Of a stretch of 64,000 nt of DNA, positions 38,363-50,978 are shown piece after piece. Each line of letters starts with the position of its first letter. Within the stretch, counting starts at the first letter, position 1. The stretch comes from Plasmodiophora brassicae (lineage: Eukaryota): the NCBI GenBank assembly GCA_036867785.1, contig CP145415.1, positions 744,001-808,000 of the forward strand, given 5' to 3'. A program made the translations under genes and the position numbers. The notes under the pieces were generated by a model that did not search any database, was not told the DNA's origin, and worked only from the letters and a program-made list of their open reading frames with translations.

Positions 38363-39494
38363 TGAACGGACGCGACGGCTGTGTGTATTTCCTCACCAGG
38401 CATCCATCGGTATGTGACTGTGCTTGCTCTTGACCTGGCCGGATGGCATCAGTACGTGTGACATGCGGTTGCACGATCTGCGAACTCACGTGAATGTCGC
38501 TGGCGCTGACCGTATCGCCTTCGCCATCGCCCTGGCCCAACTAACCGTCAGCCCTGGCAAGTGGGGGAGCGAGACAGTCGGGGAACACTTACGTCGTCGC
38601 CATGGTGGCTGTTGGTACGATGTTTATCGTGCCGATGTGCCTTGTGCCCGTGATGGCTCTGGAGCACAGCAATGTTAATTCGCTGTAGCTTTCAGCCGGC
38701 AACGTGCGGTAGTACCGAGTGGCGTCGCTCGCGATCATCATCTCCATAGTCGTCTCCATTGTCGTCCTAATGGAATCATTGTTTACAATCTGTTCAGATG
38801 GATAGGCAAGGACCGCGCTAACGTCGTCGTCATCGTCGTGGTGTCGACCAGAACGGTACTTTCTGTCCTGGAAGCATTGCACACCGTCAGTCCAAAGGGA
38901 CGTAGCTGTCAGCGTACTGAGTCCTCACGCCATCATCATTGTTCATATCGAAGCGGTCGTCGTGCCTCTTGGCGATCACGTAGGTCGCCAATGCAGAAAC
39001 CGCAATCATGCCGACCACCAACCTCAGCTGAAAGGGCGACATCGGCTATTATGTTGTTGAATTATGACAAGGGCATTCCAGATACAGTCAGGTCAGCATG
39101 ACGCATAACCGATGAGTCACGTCGACATGGTGCTGCTCTCTAAAGGGACCCAGCGCCTACCGTTGGACCCACGCAACGTCACACCCAGAGCTGGGACCTC
39201 ACCACCCAAAGGTTTGAATCGTCCTCCGGTTGAGATCCAGCACCCAGTGTTTGGGTAATCGCGCCCCGATCTGGGTGCGTCATACGCAGGCGTTGTAGCA
39301 CGACACTCTCGCCCGTGACAGGGCTTCACAGAAATGGTTCCAGCGCGCCCTCAGGAGGACTACCATATTAGATAAGCGAGGAATGCACCGCAGGACTTTG
39401 TCGACCCAGCCCTCTGCCCCGACTTGTCAGAGCCAGTGCACCAGGACAGAAATATCCTATATAGGATATCTTGTGTGCTGCAGCCCAACCTGCA

Positions 39495-42439
39495 ATGGCG
39501 GCACCAGCGGCGAAGTCGGATGACCAGTGGGCCGCCAGGACGACGCTGACGCTGACGGTCGAGGCAATGTAGCCGTCCCGCTTTGCACCCCCAGGAGACC
39601 CGCCATTGATCAGGTGTGTCTTTGTCGCAGGAACATACCGAGCTCGACACCGTATCTGGTAGCGGCCGTTATCTGCGGCGACCTCCACCTGCAATCCAGC
39701 GAGGTGGTCGGCTTGTGCAATGTAATAGCAGCACGCTATCGCTGGGCACTGTGTACCTGGCTCTGACCAACGACCCGAAGGTCAGCGCCAACGAAATGGG
39801 ACGCGTTCACTTCCAGCCGTCCATCGAGTTCCCTCTGGAGTTCGCCTCGCGGCAACAGATTTGCGTCAGGCTCTACTCGGCCACCACAAAGGACAAGCAG
39901 CCGGCGGTGACCTCAATCGAAGACCGGGTTGGGCACCCCACACCCGACCCAGACCGCCCAGCCTAATCCGTCATCAGATGGCCGCCCTGAGCCCGAACAT
40001 GTTCGCGGACATGGTCGTCCCCGTTATGGAGATGCTCCGCGACGCCAGCATCGAACCGGACGCGTTCGACCCCGCTCTCCAGACCGGGTTCAAACGCCCG
40101 CTGCGAACCGTGGTCCCGGGCGTAAGCGACGAGGCCCCCAGCATATCCATCCAATGGCGCGAGGTGCACCACAACACGCGTGTCGTCAACCTGCTACTGA
40201 GCGCCGCCCTCGTCGGCAACCGGTTCACCTGCGTCGACCGGTATTGTAGCAGTCGCGCAGTTACTTGTACCTGTTTTGTGACGCCGTGCAGGGCCCTGAA
40301 GACGCGCGTGCGCACCCGCCTGCAGGTCCTGCGGCAGCACGGGGGCACCGATGCCGACAAGACGTGGCGCCGGATCGTGGACACGGACCCGGTCGCCGGC
40401 TTCGAACCGTCGTGGTTCATCGAGCGCATCGCCGAGGACGAGATCACGCCCGACCCGGGCGATTCGCTGTGCGTCAAGCTGTGGCGAGACGCGGGCGCGT
40501 CGCGCCTGCTCCTGGGCGATGCGTTCGTCAGGCGCCGCGCCGTTGTGAAGCTGTTCACCGAGCTGGAGGCCCGACAACGCGGGTCGCTGACGGGCGCGAC
40601 CAAGGCCAGCGGACAGCGAATGAGCATCTTCGATGCGACCGAGAAGATGACGCCGTCGACGCTGTCGATAAAGCTCCGGTCGCCGAGCGACGAAACGCAG
40701 GTGGCCGCTGACGTGACGCTGGAGATCGCGCGCATCAACCGCGCCTTCACGATCTTCGAGTACATCACCGCCGGCATGATGCTGGACCTGACGATCGCTA
40801 TCGACGCGCACGCGCCCGGCGTCGGCACCGGCCTGGCCCGCGCCGCCAACGCCAACCCGTGTCTGATGGCCCTGGACCCGATCGTTCACCTACTGGCGCC
40901 ACACTGCTCGCGGATCTGCCCGATTGGATTTGTACTGGCGCCCGTGTCCAGCTCGTCGCCTGCACGACGTCCTGACGCTCCCCATAGAACGGTGCGCTCC
41001 CCGACGAACCGGGCAACGGCGGGTTCTTCCAGTTCAGGGTGCCCGGCGCCGATTCGAGCGGGCTCGTACGTGTCCAGCGGTCGTGTGGCGCGCGCGATTC
41101 TGTCATTGATCTGGATGCGCAGGTGGGCACCTGGGACGACCTGGTCGATGCATACGGGGCCACCATGGCCGCCGTCGAACGTGGCCGGGAACGCAACGCC
41201 GCCCCGCTCGTCGACTGTGCCGTGCAGGGCGTCCGGCCCATGACCGGCGAATCGCAGGCCTATGCCGTCCTGATCATCGTGACCGGCGGCGCCTTCGGCG
41301 ACATGGCCGCGTTCAGAACCGCGTCTGGCCGTCGTCATCAACTCGACCGCCGGCTCGCCATTGCTGAGCGTCCGTTGCGTTCAGGGTGTCGGAGGCGTCC
41401 ACCCGGCCGCTGTCGGTGGTGATCATCGGCATCCCGCCGACGAAACTGTCGCCCGCCGAGTTTGATGCGTTTCGGAAGCTGGTCGACGCTCCCGCGCAGG
41501 ACGGCGACGCGCGCAGCATCGTCCAGTTCACGACGGCGGCGATCGAGTCGCAGGGTGAACTCCAGCGGCAGAGCCGCGGGATCATGGTCGAACTCGAGGC
41601 GCAGATCCTCGCGTACGCCCATGTTGGGCACCCGACGTCGTCGCCCGGCTGATGTCCCCGCCTGCAGGTTCATGATCCAGAACCGCATCAAGCCGTTGCT
41701 GGTCAAGCCGCTGTTGGACAGGCCGACGCCGGTGGAGCCGCCGTCCAGGCCGGCCGCCACCGGGTCGCTGGGGCGTGCCGCGATCGCCGACCAGATGAGA
41801 TCGCCGGTATCCCGAGCGCCGTCGCTGTCCCGCCAGCGATCCGATTCGGATCGGATGACGCTGCCGGGGCAGAATCCGACGACGGACGCGACGACCGACG
41901 TTCGCGTGCAGGCGACAGGGTCCGCTCACCACGAGTCGGAAGACTCCCGACGCGAGAGTCGGGTCTCGTTTCACGAGGGGCCGCCGCCGCCGCTGTCGTC
42001 GATCAGGAAACCGTCGATGCGCGACGACAGCACGTCGACGAACGAGACGAACGCGTCGCGGAAGAAGACGCTGAGGCATGCGTCGGATGAGGGCGGGTCG
42101 TCCGAGGCGGCGTTCCCGGATAACGCCAGCCAGGCGTCGGCGAGGACGAACGCGACGACGGCGACGGTCGCGATGATGGCGAAGAACGGGACTGAGATGC
42201 GCGATGCCGTCGACAGGAAGTTGGCGGCGGACGCGCGCGAGTGGCGCCATAAGTCGTCGGCGCTGTTGGACACGCTGTTGCAGAGCAACGTGGCCTACCA
42301 GGCTGTCGTCCGGGCGCGCAAACAGCGATACATCCCGCCCAAAGTCGTCGAGCGAAAGACGATCGCCGACAAGGCCAGGGAGGCGGTGGCGGCCGCCGCT
42401 GTCGCATCAACGTCATCGCAGCCCGATAATGAACGATAG
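39495..42439 (+). CDS. Divergent copine-like protein (C2-like regions, vWA domain, low-complexity tail; multi-exon)
   Basis: FTIFEYITAGMMLDLTIAID, YAVLIIVTGG, PLSVVIIGI, DGDARSIVQF. Start and exon boundaries approximate. Confidence 0.68.
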
Positions 42440-42646
42440 CGCGTCGTGGTCGGTGGCGCCCCCGGCATCGGCTAGCACTTCGCATCGTGACGCTGGCGAC
42501 ACGTGTGTCCATCAGGAGAGCAGGTGAACGCCATCCAGACCATGCCGTTTCATGTCACCTTTCGATACGTGGCACGTGGAGGAGGTCGCCAGTGCCAGTG
42601 GGAGTGTGCCCCACTGTGCCGAGTACCAGTCGGTGCTACTGCGACC

Positions 42647-45600
42647 ATGTCAGTTCGCGCGTCGTCGCTGTCGTCGTCCCTGTTCGTGCTGGCCGACCAG
42701 GAGGCGTTGTCGTCGTCATCGATCGCCATCGTTGGTGCGGTGGTCGAATGCCTGCAACTGGCCGGTACCGTCTTCCCAGACACGGGGTCGGCCGCCTGGA
42801 CGGCGGCCGACACAGCCCCGATTCGATCCGTCCTGCACGTATGCGACCAGAACCTCCTCGCCGCTCTGTTCGGCCCGGTCGCCACGTCATACGTCGTGTC
42901 CGTCATCACTGTCGCCCTTCTGGCATCGTTTGTCGCCATAGGATACGCCCACGATGCCGTCGGCGAATCCGCCGTCCGCCTCGCTTCCCGCGTCCTGCGC
43001 CGCGCCCTCTCCGCATCCACGACCATCCTCTACCTGCCCATCTTGCGGACGTTCCTCGCCATGCTGCTGTCGTCGTCACCGCCCTACATCGCCCTGGCCG
43101 CCGTCTGCCTCCCGCCCTTCGTCGTCCTGGCAGCCACGTGCACATGCACCCTCTTCGACCAGCACTTCGAGTCGACATCGCCGACGGCCCGCCCTCACTC
43201 CCGCCTTGAAATGGCGTACTTTCTGGCCCGGACCGCCGTCCCCATCGTCATGGTCGCGTTCCCGAAGCCCGTCATCGCCGTCTGCATCTCGTTCGTGATC
43301 GTATCCGTTGTCACGTACCTGTTCGTCAGGTACGTCCCTTACTACTCGATGCAGATGGTTCGTGTGCGATGCACGCTGCTGGTCGTCGTCGACTGGGTCC
43401 TCCTCAGCGCGCTCGTCGGCATGATATCCGCCGACCCGACCCGGTCCGGCGCCGTATCCATGCTGGCCGCCGGTGTCCCGACACTGGCCGCCCTAACGCC
43501 TCTTCTGGTTGACAAGCGCATCGCGGCGATCAGACGCACCGACGACGACAAGCTCGGGTCGGCGTGGGACGCCGAGGTCAAGTTCCGCCTCCTGCTCTGC
43601 GACGTCTATCGGGACACCGACCCGGACACGTCGGAGCGCTGCGAGGCCGCCCGAGCCATTAACGAGCGCAACGAGCGCCTGTACCCGTCAGCACCTATCA
43701 CCATGCTGAGATCCGCGCTGCTGCATGTCACCTTGTTCCACGTACCGTTCATGGCCAACACGGCGATCGCAACGGCCATGGCGTCCAGTGCAACTCTGCC
43801 CGACTTGTGGTTCGCCCTTCGGCGCTTGCAGCGGGTGCACGCCCAGCATATCCTGCGGTCGGAAGCCAGCCGTGACATTGTCACGTACGTGGAGTACGTC
43901 GGGCGAAGAGGTCGGCGCGACTATATGGCGAGCTGCGCTAATATGGCACGGGACTGACGGGCCAATGGCAGGGGAAGCAGCGCGCGCTGAGACCGAGCTG
44001 GCCCGGGCGCTGCTGGCGCTCTGGCGGGAGCTGACGCTGGACGTGCCGAACGTGACCAAGATGCGGTCGATGGCGCATGTCGTGTCGGTGGAGATGGGGG
44101 CGGCGCGCGCCGCCTACGCCGACTGCCTGCGCCGGTGGACCGGGTCGCCCACCACGTATCGGATGTATGCCGACTTCCTCGGCACGCTCCTGAACGACCA
44201 GCGGCGCGCGTCGAAGTATCGGGGGCGGGCCAGCGATCTGGGCGCACACGCCGGTGCCGCCTCGTTGTCGTTCCGGGCGTCGTTGTTCAACGACGACAAC
44301 TGCGTCTTGATCGTCTCGGGGGAGAGCCACAATCTGGGCGAGATCGTCTCTGCGTCATCGGCCGTGTCGAACGTGTTCGGCGCGGGGCGCGCCGCCGTCA
44401 TCGGCAAGAACGTCAGCACACTGATGCCGGACCCGTTCTCAACCGCCCACTCCCACATCATGCGTCGGAACCTGTCCCGGGGCACAAACGCCATCCTCGA
44501 TCAGCGCCGTCGTCTTGTCTGTCGCCGCGTCGACGACGGCACCGTGTTCGACGCCACCGTATTCCTGAAGCTGTTCATCGACCAGGAGCACCTGTCGGTG
44601 CTGGGCGTCGTGGACACGCGCCAGCATCGCAGCGTCGATGGGGACGCGACAGCCATCGTCGTCTTGGATGAGAACGGGATCGTAACAGCGACCTGTCGTC
44701 AGGCGCCGACCGTCTTTGACGTGCGCCCTGGCCTGCGATTCGAGGACGCCGTCCCCGGCTGGAATGGGCAGTCCAGGACAGGGGCGTTGATGACAACGGC
44801 CGGCAGACGACGACGAATCGACATTGACGCGGAGCCGTTCACGCTGGGCAACGAGGACGGTGCGACTGCCGCCTGCGTTGCACGCATCAAGGTGTCGTCA
44901 TCATCGCACATGGGCACCGAGAGTGAAACCGGGCTCGGGGCAGGTGCCGCTCCCAACTTGACGGACCTCCAGGTTGCCATGCTGAACGATGACGGCGAGG
45001 ACGATGAGGGCAACGACGGGTCGGCGATCGAGGTCACGTTTACCGACGACGAGGACGACGACGACGAAGAGTCCCAGCTGTTGGACAAGGCAACGAACGG
45101 CGGCGGGGCGTCTTCAGCTACATCGGCAACGGGAGCCGGTGACACCACGTCGCAGGACGACGACGCCACTCAACGGCAACGCGCGCTTCTGACTTGGCTA
45201 CAGCGAGCGACGGTCATGCTATCGATCGTGCTCTGCGTCGTAACGCTAGCGTCGTTGCCGATTCGATCAGCGTTGCTGTCATCGCAGGTCGCGACGATTG
45301 CGAAGTTGTCGTCGTCGGCGTCCCGATCCACCGACCTGATCACGATCGCGTTGTGCGCCCAGGACCTGAAGGACATGTCGGTTGGCATCCTGGACCCGTC
45401 CGGCCAGTCGGGTACCCGTGCGGACATTGTTGCATTCGCTGCCGACGTCGCCGCCAAGAACGGGGCCAGCATCCAGCGCGGCGACCTGGCCGACACGGCC
45501 CTGATCGACGACCTGACCATGTCGATGGCGTACGCCAACGAGATCGCCATGATGCCGTTGAACGCACTGGCGTCCAGCGCCGTAGTGGCCTTTCTGATGG

Positions 45601-48022
45601 AGAACAGCGCGGGCCCTGTCGCAGACCGAGTCCTAAGAGTGGACCAGTCCATGGAGGACCAGTTCGCATACGATCTCAACGCGTACTCCACGTTCGGCAC
45701 CGTTGTCATCGTTCTCGTCGCCATTGGCGTCACCTTGCTGGCCGTGCTCGCGTTACGCGGCGTCGTCGTGACGGCACTTCGTGACCGGGACGACGTGTTC
45801 CTTCAGTTGCTTCGCATTCCTCGACAGCACATTCGTGCGCTGATCCCTCCGACGCTAAAGCATTTGACACTCCTGACTGCTGCCGGTGACATGACGGTGC
45901 AGGAAGGCGCCGATGCGAATCCTGTAGCGACCGAGACGCCGGCGACGTCGCAAGGTGCCGCCGACCGGCGTAACGAGGATGCCATCACGGAAGGCAGCGG
46001 AGCACGCCGGGCACGGTATCTTCAAGTCGCTCGACGCTTGTTCGTGATCATCATCCTGAACGCGGCCGCGCTGGCAGCCGCTACCGCCGTCCTGGGTTCG
46101 TTATCGACCAGGATGGGTGCGTTCCCGGCCATCTACGACTGGAGCTGGCGCGAGGAAGCAGCAGCGCGCCGTGCCCTGCTTTCCGTGCGGCAGGCCATCG
46201 CCAGCAATACGACTGTGTCGTACGCGGCTGCCCAGGCCGACATCCAGACGGCATCCGATGTCATGAACGCCCTGATCTACGGCAGTCCCGCCGACGGCAT
46301 CCCGTCTGGTCGGCTGGACGCGTCGGCCCCGTTGTTCCAGCTGATGTTCTCCAGCATGTAGCGCACACACGAATGCCGAACAACGATCCACACCTGACAG
46401 TGGCTGTTAGGTGCACGTTGCCAGCGCTGCAGACGGTGTCGGATTGTACGACGTACCGGTCGGGAGTGGCCGTCAACGGCCTGCACGCCGTCCTGGTGGA
46501 CTTCTTCACGCTGACGAAAACGTTGCTGGCCAGCGCCAGTGCCCCCGGTGCGAGCGGACGAGCTGTGGCGATGAGCAGCGATATGCACGATGCACAAGTG
46601 CTAGAGAAGGTGTACCTGCGGCCTGGGCTACGGGCCATGATCGCCATCACCGATACGAACCTGTCCAGCGCTCGCACGGCACAAATCACGTACGACGGCC
46701 TCGTTGTCGCTGGGATCGTCGTCATCGTCATCCTCGTGCATGTCGTCGTCATCCGTCCGCTGCTTCGCGAGGTGTCCGACGAGTTCATGGAGTCCACCGA
46801 CCTGGTTCGTCTCGTACCAGAAGACATGCGCGACAGCGGCTCCAACGCGAACGACGCCGATATTTCGTCCCTCATCGTCCCCCTTGACGAAGACATTGAC
46901 GACCGCGACGTTGCCGCCATCGCCGCCCAGCGCGCTCAACGTCGCCGCCTGGACGCCATCCAGCGACGAAACCGCCGTTCAGTGCTGCACAGGCTGTATG
47001 GGCTGCTGGCGAAGCACCCGGGCGTCGCGTTCGCTGTGGCGATTGCGATCCCGGTTGCTTTACAATTCCGGTTCTGGAAGGTGGCGGTCCCGGCCACGAA
47101 GACGTTGATCCCGGCGGCGCTTCTGGCGATCACCTCCGTTGTGTCGGCGGCGACCCCTTTGGACATATCATCGATGACGTACGCGTTCGGGACGGCGTTG
47201 CTGTCGTTGCCTGTCGGGCAGGTTCGTGAGCTGGCCATGGTGCAGACGGCGCTGGGCGGGTCGGCTGCAACGATCAACGCGATCCTGACCGGGGCACCCC
47301 TCGATCGAGCCGTGATCCTGTACGGGACCCTTGGGGGCGTTGTCGGGTCGACCATCGGCCTGTCGTTGCCAGACCCTGGGCCGCTGGCCGAAGTCATCAT
47401 CACGGGCGCTTGGGTCGCGTTCCTAACCGCTATGGGCGTCGTTCGTCTGGGCGTCGAAGCGCCGGCGCAGGTCGAATTGCCTCGTCGTTGGACGGTCCGA
47501 GTCGACCTGGCCCTGTTCGGCCTCGTTGGTGGCATCGTGTCCGGCCTGACCGGAACAGGCCTCAGCATGGCACTGTTCACGTTGTCGTCGTCGTATTTCT
47601 GTGTCGACGCCAACGTAGCCGTCAGGAGCGCTGTTGTCGCTGGGGCTGGGAACGCTGTGCTGCTGTGCGCCATCAAACTGGCGATGGGGGCGCCTTGGCA
47701 TCCAGGGACAGTAAGTATCCTGATGGCCGCCGTTCCGGTCGGCATTGTGCTCATGCCGCTGGCCATTCGTCAACGACCGAACCTACCGCTGATCGGTCTG
47801 CTGGCCGTCGTACAGTTCGCGGCGGTCGTCGCCGCCACATCCACCGGCGACGCCGATCGCGTCATAACGTTCGCGGCCGTCGGTACGCTCGCCGTCCTTA
47901 CCGCCGTCGCCGTCGTGGTCGGCACGACCGGCGTCATCCAGACCGTCAACAGGACCGGCGACGCCGACCACAGGCAGCAGCAGCTGGACAAGGACGGCGA
48001 CGGGTTCGGGGTCACCGCCTAA
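42647..48022 (+). CDS. ~1750-aa TmcB/TmcC-like multipass PAS-domain protein with C-terminal TauE/SafE-like membrane domain
   Basis: Exons 42647-43910, 43972-46357 and 46411-48022 splice in frame. N-terminal TMs with RPHSR..YVPYY; YRMYADFL..LND; PAS (VIGKNVSTLMPDPFSTAHSHIMRR); C-terminal GLVGGIVSGLTGTG..VDANVAVRSAVV. Confidence 0.8.
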
Positions 48023-48377
48023 CCCGCTCCCGAGGCTAGACTCGCCTTATACATTTACAAATGGCGTTGTTTCCTGGCTCAGTGTTTGCACTGAACGCCT
48101 GCGGCGTGGTCCGTTCGACTTCGACTGACCGGGCGTCTACCTATGTAGGCCACTGGGGCAACCCCCCTCTGTAGCGGGATGCACTGGACCTGTGGCAACA
48201 AACTGGGACGCCTCCTAAACGATCTCCTCTGACACGACAGTTTATTGATTCGCTCGGCGATATAGCAGTGTCACGGAAGACACCGTCAAGAAATACTGCA
48301 GAAGGGACGTTGCAACCAGTAATCAGTAATCACCCTTTGGAGCCGAAGCTTGTGCGCTGCTTTGAAGTGGAAGGGCC

Positions 48378-49890
48378 TTATAGCAGATAGACAGCGCTCA
48401 GGCACACGGTTCGATACGCAGGGTTGTGCGAATACCGACCAGGTATAGGAGCGCCCTTGGAGTTGTCGGGTGGCCCTATTTGAGTCGACCTGAACCGGCT
48501 CCACTTGAGAAATTTGTCGACCGCGCTCTGCCTGGGACGGAATGCCCAGACGTGCACGAGACCTGCCAATGTGAACGCATCCTGGATCATCCAGTAGAGA
48601 GTGTTCAGGGCGTCGAAACTCGTCGAATTGAAGATCGCGAACAGGATCAGCGTCAGAGCCACGAGGAACCCCATCCAGCCACTCAGACGAACGCGCCGAG
48701 AGAATTGCTCACGACGAGCGCGCTAGTGAATCACGGCCATTAAATCTGTTTGATCTGCTCAATGGGAGATGGATGCATACCTCGCCCGGTGACAGTTTAA
48801 TGGTCGTGCTGTGCAGTTGCTTGGCGAGACGGCCACCGAAGATGATAAAGGCAAAGGAGGCGGCGATATCGCACAGCAGGTACAACAAGGACAGATACGT
48901 TGAGTCCATGAGGTCGGTGAGCGTGACGGCGGTGATGATAATCTGGGCCTGATCCGCGATGAACAGGACGCCCAGGAAGGACAGACCGATGGTCATCGCC
49001 AGTTTCCGTTTCAATGAAGGTGGTTCGCTGGCCGTCAGGGATTCGTACGCAGCGTACGATACGGCCCCGACCGACAGATAATTGAACGCCATACACGCCA
49101 GTTCAGCGTACAGAGTGAATCCCATCGAAAGCCCTCGCGTCTTCAGGAGCGTCGTGTTGAGGGCATGCAGGCCTCGAAAGGAACTGGCCAACGTCTCCAG
49201 GAAGATCACGATGGCAGGCACCAGAGGTATGGCGCGAACTCGCCATTCGCTGTCGAACAGGAACCGAGTCAGCTGGATGGCGCACGACAAGAGGCTGAAC
49301 AGGCACAGAACCAGCGTCAGGATCTTGGACCACCAGATGGCCGGCTTATTCTCGTCCTGGAACTGTGCTTCGTTGAAGTCGCCGGAGCGAATGCGAAGGT
49401 AGACGGCACGAGGTGACGCGATCGTCGCCAAGAAGGCCGGCGTCTGCGTCAGGTCGATCACGACGATTGGAACGTTGGTGAACGGGGTAGGCGATGTCAG
49501 TCGGAAGGTGTACGCATAGTAAGAGTGCATCTGGTTTGCGGCCCCGTTGATGAACATGACGCCCGAACACGATACCGCCTGGCAAGCGTCTGCCCATCGG
49601 TTCGCGGCACCCGCCAACTTGAAATCGACGATGACGATCTTGCTGCTTGTCGGTGTTGATTCAAGGGTGTAATGGCGGTGATCATCAGCGGGAACCACAT
49701 AGAACGGGGCGCTGACCGTGAACGAGTTATTCCCCAAGCGGTAGTTCGGCGATGGTATACCGTCCCCGATGGCGGTCAGATTGCCATCCAAGACTACCAC
49801 GGCGCAGGACAGACGAAAAAGAAGGAGATGGAGCAGAACGTGCACGACGGCCGACCTCACCTCGAAGGTAGGCACTACAGCGTCCACCAT
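48378..49890 (-). CDS. GPCR-like 7TM protein with signal peptide and PA-like ectodomain
   Basis: Hydrophobic leader; SKIVIVD..CQAVSCSGVMFIN..NVPIVVID ectodomain; five TMs before an intron at ~48727-48780 and two after. 3' end tentative. Confidence 0.68.
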
Positions 49891-50136
49891 CCCCGAGTGC
49901 CCCACAAGGTAGATTAATGGTACCCAACAAAGTGATCCCGAACGCTGAAAGGTTATGGACGGTCCAACAGGAGAAACCCGAGCTGGTCGTCTCAGGAAAA
50001 CCGAGCATTTCGGTCCAACGCCAACCACATGGTCACAGAGTCGCACACCGACGTTCGAAGCTGCCGTGCTGCACCTGAGGGCGACAGGCCAGGAGTGGTC
50101 GACCCCTCTCCAATTGCACATTTTGCGCGACGGTGA

Positions 50137-50863
50137 ATGGCTTCGACGAAGCCGTCGTGCGTGTGGCATGCGTACGGCGACCTGCTGGGCAAGTATCCGC
50201 TGCCGACCAAGGCGACGACGTCGGCGCTGCTGTCGGCAGCGTCGTCCATCATTGCGCAGGCCGGGCGGCACATGCCGATTGACTGGAGGACGACGCGCAA
50301 CGAGGCTGTCATTGGTGCCGTCCTTCGCGGGCCGCTCGTCCATTTCTGGCATATCGCCCTGGACCGGATTGTGGGACGCCTGACGGGATCGGGTCCCCCG
50401 AAGTTATGGGCGACTGCTGTCGTAAAGGTCATCATTGATCAGGCCGTGTTTGCACCTGTCCGTTCGCTCCACTTGTCTACGTATTGGTGATCGTCCTAAA
50501 CCCGGTTGGGCGCACATAGGTCATGACGCTCCTGTATTTCATTGCCATTGGGATCCTAAACGGCAAGCGGGTAGACGAGATTCGAACGCATATCAAGGTT
50601 AGAGAATCGATTTCCTCGTGCATAGTCGTACCAGCTGACGCCTCGCTTGTCAACAGAGGCAGTACATTGCAATTCTCAGCGCGAACTATCGTGTCTGGCC
50701 CCTTGCGACGCTCTTCAATTTTCGGTTCGTCCCGGACCGGTTCAGAGTTGGGTTCTCCAACGTCGTCGCCCTGCTCTGGATGTCGTACCTGATCGCGGAG
50801 ACCAAGACATCGGTATCGTCTCCCCGACGAGGTGACGCGTTCCAGACCGAACGGTGCGACTAA
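50137..50863 (+). CDS. Mpv17/PMP22 family membrane protein (3 exons)
   Basis: YGDLLGKYPLPTKATTS, KVIIDQAVFAP, VWPLATLFNFRFVP..RVGFSNVVALLWMSYL. Confidence 0.92.
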
Positions 50864-50978
50864 TGTCTTCATAAACAAGCGGACGTCTTCCGTCTACCGG
50901 CGCGTACGACGTGTTTGTATTCCTGTGAGGGTGTGGCACGCGCCCATCTGACGTGCTTGTGCAACACAGCGGCCGTCG

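Noticed and set aside
38363-39480. Short ORFs between TMEM147 and the copine-like gene
   Set aside because: No consistent splice chain or recognisable motif could be built by eye.
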